Origin: Octopus sinensis
Lineage: Eukaryota
Direction: 5' to 3'
DNA: 64,000 nucleotides
NCBI RefSeq assembly: GCF_006345805.1
Contig: NC_043012.1
Span: 5,332,001 to 5,396,000, forward strand
Below, in pieces: positions 62,431 to 64,000 of this stretch; positions within the stretch are counted from its first letter, which is position 1, and every line of letters begins with the position of its first letter. A program made the position numbers and the translations under genes. The notes beneath the pieces are model-generated. The model was not told the DNA's origin, did no database searches, and worked only from the letters and a program-made list of their open reading frames with translations.

Positions 62431-62515
62431 TTCTTCCTGAAGAGAAAGACACAATATGGTCTCCTTATTCAATCGGAATTTGGTAAATTGTGGCTTTCGA
62501 AACACGTGTAGAATG
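62431..62515 (+). ncRNA. Type-I hammerhead ribozyme with canonical core and long stem II
   Basis: TTC-CTGAAGA (62437-62443); stem II GAAAGACACAAT/ATTGTGGCTTTC (11 of 12 pairs); GAAA; palindromic stem III ACACGTGT; GUA site at 62510; GAA closes a 3-bp stem I. Confidence 0.75.
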
Positions 62516-62572
62516 CAATAAAACGATTTCTGTTCAATCTTCGTTCAACTCCATTTCTTCAATTCACTAATA

Positions 62573-62657
<85 letters not shown>

Positions 62658-63006
62658 CATAAACGCACGCACACACACACACACACACATAAGTAAGCTC
62701 AGAAATGCAAAACAATGTGGAAAAATAGTACTCGAATTGCAAAGAAAGGTAGAGTGGAATACAATTTTATTAAACCCAACCAAAACTTCACAAATTGTTA
62801 CTCGCAGTTACACATGACTGTTTATCAGGCAGTTCTGACAAAACACTAATGAAGAAAGTTTTAATTAATTGTGAATATCTATAAGCGTCTATGGATAGCA
62901 GTTTCAACGAATAAGCATTTAACGCAGATTGGGCAACTTTTGATAAAGCAGTGGTTTACAGTGAGAGACATGTCCGATTGACCATGGCGGAAAGAATTAT
63001 ACATAC

Positions 63007-63096
<90 letters not shown>

Positions 63097-64000
63097 TATA
63101 AGTAATATTTGATTCGAAAAACATTATGTAAAAGTTATGGTGTAGATACGACTGAAAAATTAACAGGATGATACAGACTATGTCAAGCATGAGAAATAAC
63201 AAGTAATAAAACTAGAATATAAAAGAAGCCAAAATTTAAATTAAAGATTAAGAAATGCAATTGAGCTTAGAATGAGGGGGAAAAATGATAAAAATATATC
63301 CCGATAAAAAGAAAATTTAAAGGAAAGGAAGGAAAAGTAAGAAAGAGAAGAGCAAAGTTACTGTGTGACGGAAGGCGAAAGTGTGAAGGATGAGGGAAAA
63401 AGACAGTAATTTAGTTTAAAGAGGATGGAGTGGGAAGAGGTATGAAAAGACGAGGTAAAACATTATGTATTACTTGTGTTGTTAGGTACACATACGCAGC
63501 ATTGCTCAACAGGAAACCTTCCGACAAAATAATGAACTTCACCCTCGCTGATGTTTTCGCAGACCATGGAAATGAGATGTTTCTCAGTCTCGCACGTGCA
63601 CATCTCACAACCAGTTATTTGTCTGTAAAAAATTCAATTCACGTTTATATACATGTAGTGGCAGTGGGTGCATGCGTATATGTAAATAAAGATAAGAGAT
63701 CGTGTATGTAGTGTTAAGGAGGGAGTCGACACCTTTGAGAGAGCGCGTATTCTGCATAAAATGCATCAAGTACTCATTGCATCCCAATTTCTTTCACTTT
63801 TCAGTGAGTAGCAGATGAGCAACTTTCTTTCCATACAGACACAACAGAGGAATAAAGTTTTCAGAAATAGCCCAATGGGTTTACCATTAATTCCGTGAAA
63901 TATTCATGATTCCCCCTAAAAATAAAAATAGTAACAGAATTCAAGAAAAATACTCACTTGCACTGATTTGTATAGTAAAATTGTTTCAGATTTTGGTATT

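Overview
Eukaryotic, AT-rich, almost entirely repetitive DNA: intronic or intergenic sequence with a 100-N gap at 46920-47019. The SINE families and extreme microsatellite load suggest a coleoid cephalopod, probably Octopus; this is an inference, with no marker gene in the window. No host gene can be called with confidence, only a few short candidate exons. Retroelements present: a CR1/L2-group LINE (about 11.7-15.1 kb), a Penelope-like element (PLE) with a nearly open RT-thumb/GIY-YIG frame (15.3-17.4 kb), an R4/Dong-clade RLE LINE in a TAA array (23.0-25.2 kb), a Tx1-clade LINE (57.9-59.9 kb), RTE and PLE relics, a solo LTR, and dozens of tRNA-derived SINEs (CORE-, Nin/Deu- and V-domain-like). 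DNA elements present: three mariner copies, mariner and hAT MITEs, a non-autonomous Helitron and two fold-back elements. The most notable structure is at 21.4-25.5 kb. A short element made of a tRNA-like Pol III head, an internal (TAA)n tract and a tail carrying a minimal type-I hammerhead ribozyme sits as a head-to-head inverted pair inside one 23-bp target-site duplication. Both TAA tracts were later hit by TAA-associated elements. Six hammerhead-like motifs occur in the window; two have an intact catalytic core (25319 and 62437).
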